The position numbers were made by a program, and so were the translations under genes. Shown one piece after another: positions 1 to 9,952 of a stretch of 64,000 nt of DNA. The notes below the pieces were generated by a model. The model had not been told where the DNA came from and did not search any database. It was given only the letters and a program-made list of their open reading frames with translations. The DNA lies in contig CATLAX010000002.1 in assembly GCA_949878575.1 (NCBI GenBank), positions 357,634-421,633 of the forward strand. Reading direction: 5' to 3'. This DNA is from an uncultured Alphaproteobacteria bacterium. Lineage in GTDB: Bacteria > Pseudomonadota > Alphaproteobacteria > Rs-D84. The first letter of the stretch is position 1; the number at the start of each line of letters is the position of its first letter.

Positions 1-110
1 GTCGGCGCGGGCGCCTCCTCGCAATGACAGACGGACCAGACTCGTTGTCATTGCGAGCGTAGCGAAGCAATCCAATAAAAAACGCCCCGGGCGGGGCGTT
101 TTAGTGTTTT
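1..110. repeat. Nested palindromic element (inverted repeat CGCAATGACA...TGTCATTGCG) fused to a GC hairpin (AACGCCCCGGGCGGGGCGTT) flanked by A-run and T-run; acts as infB terminator; second copy at 45690-45790
   Basis: 10-bp perfect inverted repeat read directly; same arrangement and >80% similar sequence found again at 45690-45790; hairpin followed by T-run on minus strand just after infB stop. Confidence 0.6.
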
Positions 111-114
111 TGTT

Positions 115-2508
115 TTACAACTGGGCGCGAATTTCTTCAACCTCGTAACATTCCACGCGGTCGCCTTCTTTCAAGTCGTTGTACTTGTCAAACGACATTC
201 CGAATTCAACGCCGCCGGACACTTCCTTAACCTCGTTCTTTTCACGGCGCAGTTCGCCAATTTTCCCATCGTATATAACAACGTTGTTGCGCAGCAGGCG
301 TACAAACGCGTCTTTCTTTACCGTACCCTCTGTCATGCGACAGCCGGCCACACGCGTTCCCTTGCCCACGGTGAACAACGCGATGACATCCGCATACCCG
401 ATAAAGTTTTCGCGACGTTCCGGCGCCAGTTTTCCGGACAGAATTTCCTTTATCTCGTCCGTGATGCGGTACACAACGCTGTGATAGCGGATGTCAACGC
501 CGCCGGCGCGCGCCATGTCGCGCACAGTGCTGTCGGCACGAACATTGAACGCGATAATCACCGCACCGGACGCTGTGGCCAGACGAATGTCGCCCTCTGT
601 AATCTGGCCGACACCCGCAGACAGGATTTCAACAGCGGCCTTGTCCGTGTTGATTTCACGCAGCATGTCTGTAATCGCCTCCACACTGCCCTGAACATCG
701 GCACGCAGAATAACCGGCAGGGTTAATTTCTTGTTTTCATCACGCTTTGCAAACAGTTCTTCCAGCGAAGAACGCTTTATCGCGTTGGCCTTGTCCTTTG
801 CCTTTTGAACGCGGTATGCGGCAACCTCGCGCGCCTGGGCGTCAGTTTCCATCACGCGCAGTTCGTCACCGGCGTTCGGCACGGAATCCAGACCCAAAAC
901 CACAACAGGCTGGCCCGGTTTTACAGACTTTACGCGCGCACCGGTGGAATCAACCAGACCGCGCACACGGCCGAACGTTTCACCGACGACAAACACGTCG
1001 CCTATCTTTAAAGTGCCCTGGCGGATTAAAACAGTCGCAACAGCCCCCAGGCCTTTTTCCATTTTCGCCTCTACCACGTACGCGACGGCCGGCATTTCTG
1101 CATCCGCCTTTAAATCCATCATTTCGGCCTGTAACAATATGGCGTCTTCCAGTTTGTCCAGACCTATCTTTTTCGTTGCGGAAATTTCAACGCACTGAAC
1201 GTCGCCGCCCATGTCCTCTACCTGAACCTCTTGCTGTAACAGGTCGGTCTTGACACGGGTCGGGTTCGCCTCTGGCAGGTCAATTTTGTTAATCGCAACA
1301 ATAAACGGAACCTTTGCCGCACGGATGTGATTTATAGCCTCTATGGTCTGGGGCATGATGGAATCGTTCGCGGCCACAACCAGAACAACAATGTCCGCCA
1401 TCTGGGCGCCGCGCGCGCGCATGGCCGTAAACGTTTCATGTCCCGGCGTATCCAAAAACGTTATCATTGCGCCGGATTTTGATTTAACCTCATACGCGGA
1501 AACATGCTGGGTTATGCCGCCGGCCTCGCGCGCGGCGACATTGGAATGACGAAACGCATCCAGCAACGACGTCTTGCCGTGGTCAACGTGGCCCACAACC
1601 GTCACAACCGGCGCACGCGGCGTTAAGTTTTCCGGATTGGGTTCGCGTTCCAGTATTTCCGCATACGGTTTTACATCAACGCGCTTTACCGTCGCACCGA
1701 ATTCCGCCGCAACCAGTTCCGCGGTATCGGCGTCAATAGACTGGTTCTGGGACGCCATCATGCCCATTTCCATCAACTTTTTAATAACGTTGCCGACCTT
1801 TTCCGCCATGGCCGCCGCCAAATCCTTTACGGTGATGGTATCGCCCAGGGTAACCTCATGCGAAACCTTTTGCGGGGCGGTGAACATTGCGCGCGCCTTT
1901 TCACGGAAACGCTTTAACGACGCCTCGGACCGGCGGCGGTTTGCACCGCGCAGGCCGATTTCGTCATCATCGTCGCCATCGCCGATAACAATGTCATGCA
2001 GCGATATTTTTCCACCCTTTTTAAAGTCTTTTTTATTGTGTCCGCCACGTGCGGGTCCGCGCATATCGTCGTCATCTGAGCCGCGAGAACTGCGCGGTGC
2101 GGGGGTGCTGAACGTTTTTTGCGCCGCCTTTGGCTTTTCCTGTGCGGGGGCCGCATCCTGTTCCGCGGGCGCGGCGGCAACGGGTGCCTCGCGCGCGGCC
2201 AGCTGTTCCTTGACCTGCTCATACTCGCGCGTTTCGCGTTCTATGTCCGCGGCGCGTGCGGCGGCCGCCGCGGCCTCGGCCGCGGCACGGGCGCGGCGTT
2301 CTTCCTCGCGGGCGCGGGCCGCCTCTAAAACGGCGCGCAGCTTTTCATCCGCCGCATTGCGCGGCGCCGCCGGCGCGGACGGTTCTTCGCGCAGTTCACG
2401 CGTGCCCGGCGCCACGACGCGACGACGGCGTTCAACAAAAACGGCATCGCCCTTTTTGCTTGCTACCTGGTCTATTGTTACAGACTTTCCAAGTGTTAAT
2501 GTTGCCAT
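115..2508 (-). CDS. infB: Translation initiation factor IF-2
   Basis: 797-aa ORF; GTP-binding domain motifs [25 protein letters not shown]; C-terminal IF-2 beta-barrel domains; follows nusA on same strand. Confidence 0.95.
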   Translation of the reverse strand: MATLTLGKSVTIDQVASKKGDAVFVERRRRVVAPGTRELREEPSAPAAPRNAADEKLRAVLEAARAREEERRARAAAEAAAAAARAADIERETREYEQVKEQLAAREAPVAAAPAEQDAAPAQEKPKAAQKTFSTPAPRSSRGSDDDDMRGPARGGHNKKDFKKGGKISLHDIVIGDGDDDDEIGLRGANRRRSEASLKRFREKARAMFTAPQKVSHEVTLGDTITVKDLAAAMAEKVGNVIKKLMEMGMMASQNQSIDADTAELVAAEFGATVKRVDVKPYAEILEREPNPENLTPRAPVVTVVGHVDHGKTSLLDAFRHSNVAAREAGGITQHVSAYEVKSKSGAMITFLDTPGHETFTAMRARGAQMADIVVLVVAANDSIMPQTIEAINHIRAAKVPFIVAINKIDLPEANPTRVKTDLLQQEVQVEDMGGDVQCVEISATKKIGLDKLEDAILLQAEMMDLKADAEMPAVAYVVEAKMEKGLGAVATVLIRQGTLKIGDVFVVGETFGRVRGLVDSTGARVKSVKPGQPVVVLGLDSVPNAGDELRVMETDAQAREVAAYRVQKAKDKANAIKRSSLEELFAKRDENKKLTLPVILRADVQGSVEAITDMLREINTDKAAVEILSAGVGQITEGDIRLATASGAVIIAFNVRADSTVRDMARAGGVDIRYHSVVYRITDEIKEILSGKLAPERRENFIGYADVIALFTVGKGTRVAGCRMTEGTVKKDAFVRLLRNNVVIYDGKIGELRREKNEVKEVSGGVEFGMSFDKYNDLKEGDRVECYEVEEIRAQL

Positions 2509-2567
2509 AAACTTATCCTCGCTTTGTTTTGCCGTGGCCGCGACGCACCGCGGGCGCGCATGTTTGT

Positions 2568-4106
2568 TTATTCCCCGTCCTGGGTGATGTTGTACGCAAC
2601 CTCGCGCGCTTTCATGATAACACGACCGGCCAGACGCGGCGACATCATGTCCTCGCCTAAAATTTCAACCAGTTCGTCAGACGCCAGATCCGCCAGATCA
2701 GACAAAGACTTTATCCCGTTTTCACCCAGTTTCATGATAACCGGACGCTTTATAAAGTCAAAGTTTAACAAATCATCCGTCATGCCGATTTTGTGGCCGG
2801 CATCCAGATAATCCTGCTCAATCTTGGCCAGGTACGCTTTTGCGCGCGTCTGCAGTTCCGCCGCTAATTCCGCATTAAAGCCCTCTATCGCCTCCAGCTC
2901 TGACGCGTCTACGAACGCGATTTCCTCTATCGTGCGGAAGCCTTCCGTAATTAACAGATGTGCAATCATTTCATCAACATCCAGACCACGGATAAACAGC
3001 TCAGTCTTTTCCTTAAATTCTTTGGCGCGGCGTTCCTGTTCCGCCTGTTCGTTCATCACGTCAATGTTCCATCCGGTCAACTGTGACGCCAGACGCACGT
3101 TCTGGCCGCGGCGACCGATGGCCAGCGACTGCTGGTCTTCCGTTACCACAACGGCGGCCGTGCGTGTGTCCTCGTCAACGATAATCTTTGCGACCTTTGC
3201 CGGCTGCATGGCGTTTACGATAAACACCGCCGGATCGTCGGAATACAAAATAACGTCAATCTTTTCGCCGTGGCATTCGTTAATAACAGGCTGAATACGC
3301 GTACCCTTGATGCCAACCGTCATACCGACCGCGTCAATGGACGGATCCTGGGTTTCAACGGCAATTTTTGCATGGCTGCCCGGGGCGCGTGACACGGACT
3401 TGATTTTTATAACCCCCTCGTAAATTTCCGGAACCTCCTGAACAAACAGCTTTTCCATAAACATGGGATGCGTGCGGGTTAAGAAAATCTGGGGGCCGGA
3501 ATTGCTGCGCGCAACATCCATTATCAGCGCACGAACGCGGTCGCCCACCGCCAGGCGTTCGCCCGGTATCAATTCCGAGCCTTTTATATAACCCTCGGCC
3601 TTGCCGTTGATGTCAACAAAAACATTTCCGAATTCAATGCGTTTCACAACGCCGGAAACGATGTCGCCGATGTTGTCCTTGAACTCTTCATACTGGCGGC
3701 CTTTTTCGGCATCACGCACGCGCGCGGTCATAATCTGCTTTGCCGTCTGGAACGCCATGCGGCCGAATTCCGGTTCCGGCAGCGGATCTTCCACCACGTC
3801 GCCAACCTGGGGATTCTTGGCGTATTTTTTAGCCTGATCCACCGTCAGCATCGTGCCGGCATCATAATCTTCGCCCGCCGCCTGGGGCGATGCAATAACT
3901 TCAAACAAACGCTTTACATGAATGGCGCCGTTTTTACGGTCAATGTTTGCCACGATGTTAAATTCCTCGCCATACTTGTGCTTTGCGATTTTGGCAATCG
4001 CCGCCTCCAGCGATTCTATTACAATTTCGCGGTCAATCAGCTTTTCCTGAGCCAAAGAGTCAATGGCCAACAGCAAATCCTGGCGCGGCATTGAAACAAA
4101 AGACAT
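2568..4106 (-). CDS. nusA: Transcription termination/antitermination factor NusA
   Basis: 512-aa ORF with NusA N-terminal domain, S1 and KH domains (…AQEKLIDREIVIESLEAAIAKIAKHKYG…) and acidic C-terminal repeats; directly upstream of infB. Confidence 0.95.
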   Translation of the reverse strand: MSFVSMPRQDLLLAIDSLAQEKLIDREIVIESLEAAIAKIAKHKYGEEFNIVANIDRKNGAIHVKRLFEVIASPQAAGEDYDAGTMLTVDQAKKYAKNPQVGDVVEDPLPEPEFGRMAFQTAKQIMTARVRDAEKGRQYEEFKDNIGDIVSGVVKRIEFGNVFVDINGKAEGYIKGSELIPGERLAVGDRVRALIMDVARSNSGPQIFLTRTHPMFMEKLFVQEVPEIYEGVIKIKSVSRAPGSHAKIAVETQDPSIDAVGMTVGIKGTRIQPVINECHGEKIDVILYSDDPAVFIVNAMQPAKVAKIIVDEDTRTAAVVVTEDQQSLAIGRRGQNVRLASQLTGWNIDVMNEQAEQERRAKEFKEKTELFIRGLDVDEMIAHLLITEGFRTIEEIAFVDASELEAIEGFNAELAAELQTRAKAYLAKIEQDYLDAGHKIGMTDDLLNFDFIKRPVIMKLGENGIKSLSDLADLASDELVEILGEDMMSPRLAGRVIMKAREVAYNITQDGE

Positions 4107-4272
4107 GCGTTTTCTCCTTATGTTGTTTTATGATGCCTTTATGATAAGGGCGGGGTCTTTCAACCCCGCCCTTAAAAAAACTTTTAAGAACAGTTTTATT
4201 ATGCGGTGCGAATCGTAAAAATGCAAGAAAAATTTGACGCTTAACCTTTTGGGCTTTATACTGGGCGTGATG

Positions 4273-5328
4273 AAAATTATAAACAGATATTTTTTGCGCC
4301 AACTGCTGATGGTGTTTGTGATGCTGCTGTTGGTTCTGACAGGACTGGCATGGATGGTGCAGATTATGTCCATGATGAAATTCCTGTTAAACTATGGGAT
4401 ACAGTTAACAAACTTTCTGGGGCTAACCATGCTAATGGTGCCTTTTATAGTATCCATCATCGTGCCGTTTGTTACATTTATCGCAATCATTTTTGTATAC
4501 AACAAGATGATCTCTGACAATGAAATAACCGTCATGGCCGCGTCCACACTGTCGCCGCGGCAACTGGCGCGGCCGGCATTGATTCTGGCGGCTGTGATGG
4601 CGGCGGCCCATTTTGCGCTAAACATGTGGGTCGTGCCGGCGTCCCAGGCGCGTTTTTACGACACCCAGTGGAATCTGCGCTATGGGCTGGCCCACATGAA
4701 ACTGCAGGAATCGGCCTTTACGGAAATGTCTGACGGTCTGGTTGTGTACGTGGACAAGGTGTCCGGCCATGATTTAAGCCAGGTAATGCTGTCGGACACG
4801 CGCGATGAAAACAACCAGATAACTATATTCGCCGAAAAGGGCAAGCTGGTGTCAACCGCGCGCGGTCTGTCCATAGTGATGACAAACGGTTCGTTAATGG
4901 CGTCCGGCGGCGCGACAACCGTCGGAACGTTTGAAAGTTTTGACATGGATTTAAATGTCGCGGACAAGGGCGGCGGCGGAAATTTCCGCGTGCGCCGCGT
5001 ACCGACGACGGAACTGTTGAAAACGCTGTTTGACGCGCCGAGCGAAAAACAGCACAAGGCGGTATTGTCGGAATTATCAACCCGCCTGTACAGCCCGGTT
5101 ATGAACCTGGTGCTGGCGGCGCTGTGCGCGGTTGTGCTGCTGCGTTCGTCGCTGCTGCGGCGCCGGGCCAGCTTTGCGCCGGCGGTGGCGGTTCTGGCCA
5201 TGGCGGTTGTAATGGCGGCGTTCATGTCTGCATCAAACATGGTGTCGTCTGTGACACAGTTTGTGGTGCTGGGGGCGGCAATCGGGTTGCTGTTGGCGGG
5301 AATATTGACTGTACTGTATAAAAAATGA
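4273..5328 (+). CDS. LPS export permease, LptF/LptG (YjgP/YjgQ) family
   Basis: MKIINRYFLRQLLMVFVMLLLVLTGLAW… typical LptF/LptG N-terminus, multiple TM helices; stop overlaps lptD start (ATGA). Start chosen at internal Met 4273; ORF opens at 4234. Confidence 0.8.
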   Translation, partial: KIINRYFLRQLLMVFVMLLLVLTGLAWMVQIMSMMKFLLNYGIQLTNFLGLTMLMVPFIVSIIVPFVTFIAIIFVYNKMISDNEITVMAASTLSPRQLARPALILAAVMAAAHFALNMWVVPASQARFYDTQWNLRYGLAHMKLQESAFTEMSDGLVVYVDKVSGHDLSQVMLSDTRDENNQITIFAEKGKLVSTARGLSIVMTNGSLMASGGATTVGTFESFDMDLNVADKGGGGNFRVRRVPTTELLKTLFDAPSEKQHKAVLSELSTRLYSPVMNLVLAALCAVVLLRSSLLRRRASFAPAVAVLAMAVVMAAFMSASNMVSSVTQFVVLGAAIGLLLAGILTVLYKK

Positions 5329-7340
5329 GAAAGACAAAATTTCTTTTTCTTGCATGTGTTTTGCCCACCGCCGCGGCGGCCGCCACCAGTGCGTTGAACG
5401 AACCGAAAACCATAATCGCTGACAAAATAGAATACGATATAAAATCCGAATCAATACAGACATCCGGCAAGACGGAAATTATAAACCAGTCGGGCCAGCG
5501 CATGACACTGCGCGACAGTTATATTTCCAAAGACGGCAGCGCGCTGGAAGGCGACGACATAAAACTGTGGCTGGGGCGGCACGTGTATCTGGATGCAAAA
5601 ACAGTTACCCGCGACGGCGACATAACAATAGCCAAGGACGCCACGTTCACCGCATGCGACGGATGCGATCCGTACGGGAACGCATGGACTATATCCGCCA
5701 CAACCGTGCGCCACAACATGGCGACAAGAATGCTGCGCTTTTACAATCCGGTGTACTGGATTTACAATGTTCCCGTATTCTGGTTTCCGATATTTGAAAT
5801 GCCGGATCCGGGGGTTAAGCACAAAACCGGATTTTTAATGCCTGACTTTGAATCCACCAACAAAATGGGCACGATGATAAACATACCTTTTTATGTTTAT
5901 CTGTCAGAAACCCAGGATTTAACAGTAACACTGGCATATTTAACCCAGGAGAACCCGCTGTTTAAGCTGGAACATCGTTTAAACGGCGAACATTCCCAGT
6001 ACCGCACACGCGGTTCTTTTACGCGCAACAAGGACGGCGACAACCGCTGGCACATATTTAACAACGATGTGATAGAGCTCGGCGAATACGCGCGCGCGAC
6101 AGTATTTTTAGAGCGGACATCGGACAAGACGTACCTGCAGAAATACGGTTTTTACAATTCACAGCCCTATCTTGATTCAGGCGGCCGCCTGGAACTGTTC
6201 GGGCAATCCGGATATGTTGTCGCGGACGCGCACGTGTTTCAGGAACTGCGCAGCACGGGCGGCCGGTATTCCACCCCGTCCGGCGACATTTTGCCAAACA
6301 TACGCGGCGTTTATCAGTCGGCCCCGATATACGAGGAAACATACCTGACATTCAACGCTGACGTTTTGGGCATATCGGGTTCCGGCACCGCGTCACAGCG
6401 TGTTGTCGGCGATGCGCGCATAACGTCACCGTGGACGCTGTGGGGTGGCAACCGCATCACGGCCAGTATGTCCGCCCGTTACGACGTATACAATTTTGAT
6501 CACGCCGAAATGGTTGACGGTCAGAAGTTCACGGGACTAAAAAACAGATTCCTGCCCAGCGGATATTTGGAATGGGGGCTGCCGCTGTACAGGCCGGCTA
6601 CCACATGGACCCAGGTAATAGAGCCCCGCGCGCGCATCACCGCAATGCCCCACACGTCCAAGGACCAGTTTGCGTTAAACAATGATTCCGCGGGCGCGTT
6701 TCTGTCTGACGCGACACTGTTTTCGGACAAGCGTTTTGCGGGGCTGGATCTGTGGGAAAACGGAAACTTTGCCGATTACGGCGTACGCTGGGCCGCGTTT
6801 AACAACATCAGCGGCAAAACGTTTGAAGTGTTTGCGGGCCAGTCCTATGATTTCACAGACCGTGCGGACACGGACCCCAACAGCGGATTTCACAACGGCG
6901 CATCCGACTATGTCGGCCGCATCGGTTACAACAACATGAAATGGTTTGACATTTCATCGCGCTTTCGCCTGGACAGGACGGATCTGTCACTGCGGCACAT
7001 GGAAACAACCGGCCGCATCGGCAGTGCCGGAACATACCTGTCACTGGGGCATATATGGTCACAACGCTTCATAGACGCCCAGACACTGGGCGACGACACA
7101 AACGAGGCGACAGTCGGCGCGGGATTAAAACTGACTGACAGATGGGCGCTGCAGTGGAACGGCATTTACAATCTGACGGCGGACGAATTCCACAGCCATA
7201 CGGGCGGGATATTCTATACGCATCCGTGCTATTACATGTCGTTGCAGTACCGGCGCGACAATTCCATCAAAGAAGACTATGTCGGAACGACCACGTTCCA
7301 GTTCAGATTCGGAATGAGTATTGACGGCCAGCATTATTAA
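5325..7340 (+). CDS. lptD: LPS-assembly outer membrane protein LptD (OstA)
   Basis: 671 aa, signal peptide, OstA-like N-terminal domain (IIADKIEYDIKSE…TGKTEI…), large beta-barrel, aromatic C-terminal region; conserved lptF-lptD-surA order. Confidence 0.85.
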   Translation: MRKTKFLFLACVLPTAAAAATSALNEPKTIIADKIEYDIKSESIQTSGKTEIINQSGQRMTLRDSYISKDGSALEGDDIKLWLGRHVYLDAKTVTRDGDITIAKDATFTACDGCDPYGNAWTISATTVRHNMATRMLRFYNPVYWIYNVPVFWFPIFEMPDPGVKHKTGFLMPDFESTNKMGTMINIPFYVYLSETQDLTVTLAYLTQENPLFKLEHRLNGEHSQYRTRGSFTRNKDGDNRWHIFNNDVIELGEYARATVFLERTSDKTYLQKYGFYNSQPYLDSGGRLELFGQSGYVVADAHVFQELRSTGGRYSTPSGDILPNIRGVYQSAPIYEETYLTFNADVLGISGSGTASQRVVGDARITSPWTLWGGNRITASMSARYDVYNFDHAEMVDGQKFTGLKNRFLPSGYLEWGLPLYRPATTWTQVIEPRARITAMPHTSKDQFALNNDSAGAFLSDATLFSDKRFAGLDLWENGNFADYGVRWAAFNNISGKTFEVFAGQSYDFTDRADTDPNSGFHNGASDYVGRIGYNNMKWFDISSRFRLDRTDLSLRHMETTGRIGSAGTYLSLGHIWSQRFIDAQTLGDDTNEATVGAGLKLTDRWALQWNGIYNLTADEFHSHTGGIFYTHPCYYMSLQYRRDNSIKEDYVGTTTFQFRFGMSIDGQHY

Positions 7341-7378
7341 GCCGTATATTAAAAGGAAACAGGAAAGAGGGAAACGAT

Positions 7379-8203
7379 ATGATAAAGAAGCTGTCTTGTG
7401 CAATATTAATGCTGGCCGCATTTACGGGCGCGCGCGCGGCAACGGTTGTTGCGACGGTCGGCGACACGCCGATTACGGATACGGACATAACGGCCCGGGT
7501 CAAGTTAATGGCGCGCCAGGGCCGTGCGCCGTCCGACAACAGACGCCAGGCGCTGCAGGGCATAATAGACGACAATGTAAAATTAAACTATGCAAAAAAC
7601 TTTAACGCGGTGCCGTCTGACGAAGATGTGCGCAAAGAATTAAAGCGCATGAACCTGGGCGACCTGTCGGCGTCAGAACGTGCGATGGCAATGTCCGCCG
7701 CGCGCGCCGAAATCGCATGGCAGGTGGTCGTCGCACGCACAATACTGCCGACGGTGTCCGCATCAAAAGAAGACATTGCGGCGGAACGGGCGGCACTGGC
7801 CGCGGCGCATGGCCTGCCGCTGGAAATGACGATTGTGCGCCTGGTTGACATACCGGACGATATTGCAAAAAAACTAACAAAACCAAAAAGCTGTGACGAT
7901 GCAATGGAAATGGCGCGCAAGCTGGGCGGGGCGCCGCAAAAGTTTACGGCCGTTCAATACGAACTGTCCGAAGACGTGCGCAAGCGTGTTTCAAATCTGC
8001 CGAAATTAACGTGGTCGCCGCGGGCGGACAATTCCGTACTGTTGGTGTGCGACACGAAAAAGACCAAGGAATACGGCGATTTGGACAAAATAATCAAACA
8101 GAACGCCATGTTCAAACAGGCGATGTTTATCGCCGACCAGCAGCTAAAACAGCTGCGCCGCAAGGCGGTGATTGTCATCAACGACGACAGGTATAAATTA
8201 TGA
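7379..8203 (+). CDS. surA: SurA-like periplasmic chaperone (N-terminal SurA domain only, no obvious PPIase domain)
   Basis: Signal peptide (MIKKLSCAILMLAAFTGARAA), SurA-N-like helical domain, position between lptD and rlmN; only 274 aa so likely a reduced SurA. Confidence 0.55.
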   Translation: MIKKLSCAILMLAAFTGARAATVVATVGDTPITDTDITARVKLMARQGRAPSDNRRQALQGIIDDNVKLNYAKNFNAVPSDEDVRKELKRMNLGDLSASERAMAMSAARAEIAWQVVVARTILPTVSASKEDIAAERAALAAAHGLPLEMTIVRLVDIPDDIAKKLTKPKSCDDAMEMARKLGGAPQKFTAVQYELSEDVRKRVSNLPKLTWSPRADNSVLLVCDTKKTKEYGDLDKIIKQNAMFKQAMFIADQQLKQLRRKAVIVINDDRYKL

Positions 8204-9315
8204 AACCGATTTTGTTTAATTTCAACGATGCCGAACTGGCGGCATTCGTAACAAACATGGGGCTGCCGAAATTTCGTGCGGCCCAAATTCGCGAATGGCT
8301 GCGGCGCGGCGCGCCTGATTTTGGGGCAATGAAAAACCTGCCGGCGGAATTGCGTCGCGATTTGGACGCCACTGCCCGGACGCTGCCGGTGCGGATTTTG
8401 CGGCGGCTGGATTCCACGGATGGTGAAACGACAAAATTTCTGCTGGAATTAAACGACGGCGAACAGATTGAATGCGTGTTAATGCGCACGACGTACGGCA
8501 ACAGCGTCTGCGTCAGTTCACAGGCCGGATGCGCCATGGGGTGCAAATTCTGCGCCAGCACTCTGCTGGGGCTGAAACGCAATTTAAGCGCATCGGAAAT
8601 CATGGCCCAGGTCTTGGTCGCCCAATGGGAACTGCGCCGCACACGCACGGACAAGACAGACGTACGTCCCAACGGGGACCCCAACAACGGCGATGTTTCC
8701 CATATTGTGATAATGGGTACGGGCGAGCCGTTGCAGAACACGGAAAACGTAATTGATTTCATAGAACGGGCCAACAGGGATTTGGGCATCGGATGGCGGC
8801 GCATCACGGTTTCAACGTGCGGCATTGTTCCGGGGATACGGCGGTTGATTGAATGGGGCCGGCCGATAAATCTGGCAATATCGCTGCATGCGCCGACAGA
8901 CGAGCTGCGCGGACAAATAATGCCCATAAACAACAAATACCCGCTGGCGGACGTACTGGCGGCGGCGGATGAATTTACCGCCCTGCACAACCGGCAGTTA
9001 ATGATAGAATACATATTACTGGGGCGGAAAAATTCCGACGGTGAAACGGAACTGTTCAACGCAACGCCACAGCATGCGGAAATGTTAAGCCGCCTGCTGG
9101 CCGGGAAAAACTGCATGGTGAACCTGATACCGTGGAACGCGGTTGACGAGCGTGATTTTGCGTCACCGTCCGGCAACGCCGTCCACAGATTTCAAGACAT
9201 ATTAATAAAAAACGGAATACATACGCGCATACGCCGCGAACGCGGCACTGACATCGGCAGTGCATGCGGCCAACTGCGCCTAAACAATGCAAAAAACAAA
9301 GGAAACAAGAAATGA
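8200..9315 (+). CDS. rlmN: 23S rRNA/tRNA (adenine-C2)-methyltransferase RlmN (radical SAM)
   Basis: CVSSQAGCAMGCKFCAST radical-SAM cysteine motif, RlmN-typical length and motifs; ATGA overlap with surA stop. Confidence 0.9.
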   Translation: MKPILFNFNDAELAAFVTNMGLPKFRAAQIREWLRRGAPDFGAMKNLPAELRRDLDATARTLPVRILRRLDSTDGETTKFLLELNDGEQIECVLMRTTYGNSVCVSSQAGCAMGCKFCASTLLGLKRNLSASEIMAQVLVAQWELRRTRTDKTDVRPNGDPNNGDVSHIVIMGTGEPLQNTENVIDFIERANRDLGIGWRRITVSTCGIVPGIRRLIEWGRPINLAISLHAPTDELRGQIMPINNKYPLADVLAAADEFTALHNRQLMIEYILLGRKNSDGETELFNATPQHAEMLSRLLAGKNCMVNLIPWNAVDERDFASPSGNAVHRFQDILIKNGIHTRIRRERGTDIGSACGQLRLNNAKNKGNKK

Positions 9316-9596
9316 CAATATACGAAAATCAATTAAAGTATCTGATACAGGACATGCACCGTATCGCGCATATCCGCGGGTTTAGCGATGCATTGCTGAT
9401 GCCGTTGGAATGGCGGCCGGCGGGCGGCATGACGCTGCTGCATGAATATGCGAACGGTGGCGCCGTTCTGGCCCCGGGCACGCACAGAACAACGATGAAT
9501 GATTTTATAAACGCATTCGGCGGATATATTGATGAAGAAAGCAACCTTAAATATTCCGCTGTCGCACAGCACGCACTACAAAGACTGGGGCGCTGA
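9312..9596 (+). CDS. Hypothetical protein (94 aa)
   Basis: ORF MTIYENQLKYLIQDMHRIAHIRGF…; start trimmed to the ATG overlapping rlmN stop; no recognisable family. Confidence 0.4.
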   Translation: MTIYENQLKYLIQDMHRIAHIRGFSDALLMPLEWRPAGGMTLLHEYANGGAVLAPGTHRTTMNDFINAFGGYIDEESNLKYSAVAQHALQRLGR

Positions 9597-9700
9597 TTAA
9601 AACAAATCCGCTTATGATTTATATAACACACCATAAATGCGGCCGGTTCGGTTATAATAAAGCGTTTGCAATATTGTTACCAGCGGATGCGTACGGAAAT

Positions 9701-9733
9701 AAAAAAATCCCCCGTTTGGGGGATTTTTTATTT
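9701..9733. terminator. Bidirectional rho-independent terminator (AAAAAAATCCCCCGTTTGGGGGATTTTTTATT)
   Basis: Perfect 8-bp GC stem with A-run upstream and T-run downstream; lies between convergent ORF 9312-9596 (+) and the HTH gene (-). Confidence 0.6.
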
Positions 9734-9952
9734 CCAGTACCGTAACAATTCCGGCGCCCACATCTGGATAACGCGGTATACCTGATACGGGGTCGGCGCA
9801 ATGCGCCCCTTTTCCATTTCATAGTACGCAATGCCGTGCACACCTATCTGGCGTCCGGCATGAAACGGGCTTAGTTTTGACCGGCGGCGGATTTTGTGCA
9901 TCCACAGCCCCAGGCTTTTATAAAATTCTTGTTCCGATTGTAATTTTTTCAT
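9728..9952 (-). CDS. Small XRE/Cro-type helix-turn-helix DNA-binding protein, copy 1 of a duplicated module
   Basis: 74-aa protein MKKLQSEQEFYKSLGLWMHKIRRRSKLSPFHAGRQIGVHGIAYYEMEKGRIAPTPYQ… with HTH_XRE-like signature (…Q..G…I..YE.G…P). The first ATG-GAG-GA of the tool ORF is better read as the GGAGGA RBS for the second ATG. An identical protein is encoded at 45239-45463. Confidence 0.7.
   Translation of the reverse strand: MKKLQSEQEFYKSLGLWMHKIRRRSKLSPFHAGRQIGVHGIAYYEMEKGRIAPTPYQVYRVIQMWAPELLRYWK

Noticed and set aside
1574-2587. Long plus-strand ORF (337 aa) and several other 60-170 aa ORFs antisense to infB/nusA (e.g. 747-1253, 2256-2510, 2824-3294)
   Set aside because: Low-complexity Ala/Arg/Ser/Pro-rich translations typical of the antisense frame of GC-rich genes; entirely contained in the well-supported infB and nusA genes.
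4147-4175. GC hairpin (GGCGGGGTCTTTCAACCCCGCC) between the nusA start and the lptF start
   Set aside because: The T-run lies on the wrong side for either strand to act as a classical intrinsic terminator, and it lies in a divergent promoter region; left unannotated.
9264-9311. Upstream extension of ORF 9264-9596 overlapping the rlmN 3' end
   Set aside because: The extension (MRPTAPKQCKKQRKQE) overlaps rlmN in another frame; the ATG at 9312, overlapping the rlmN stop, is the more parsimonious start.
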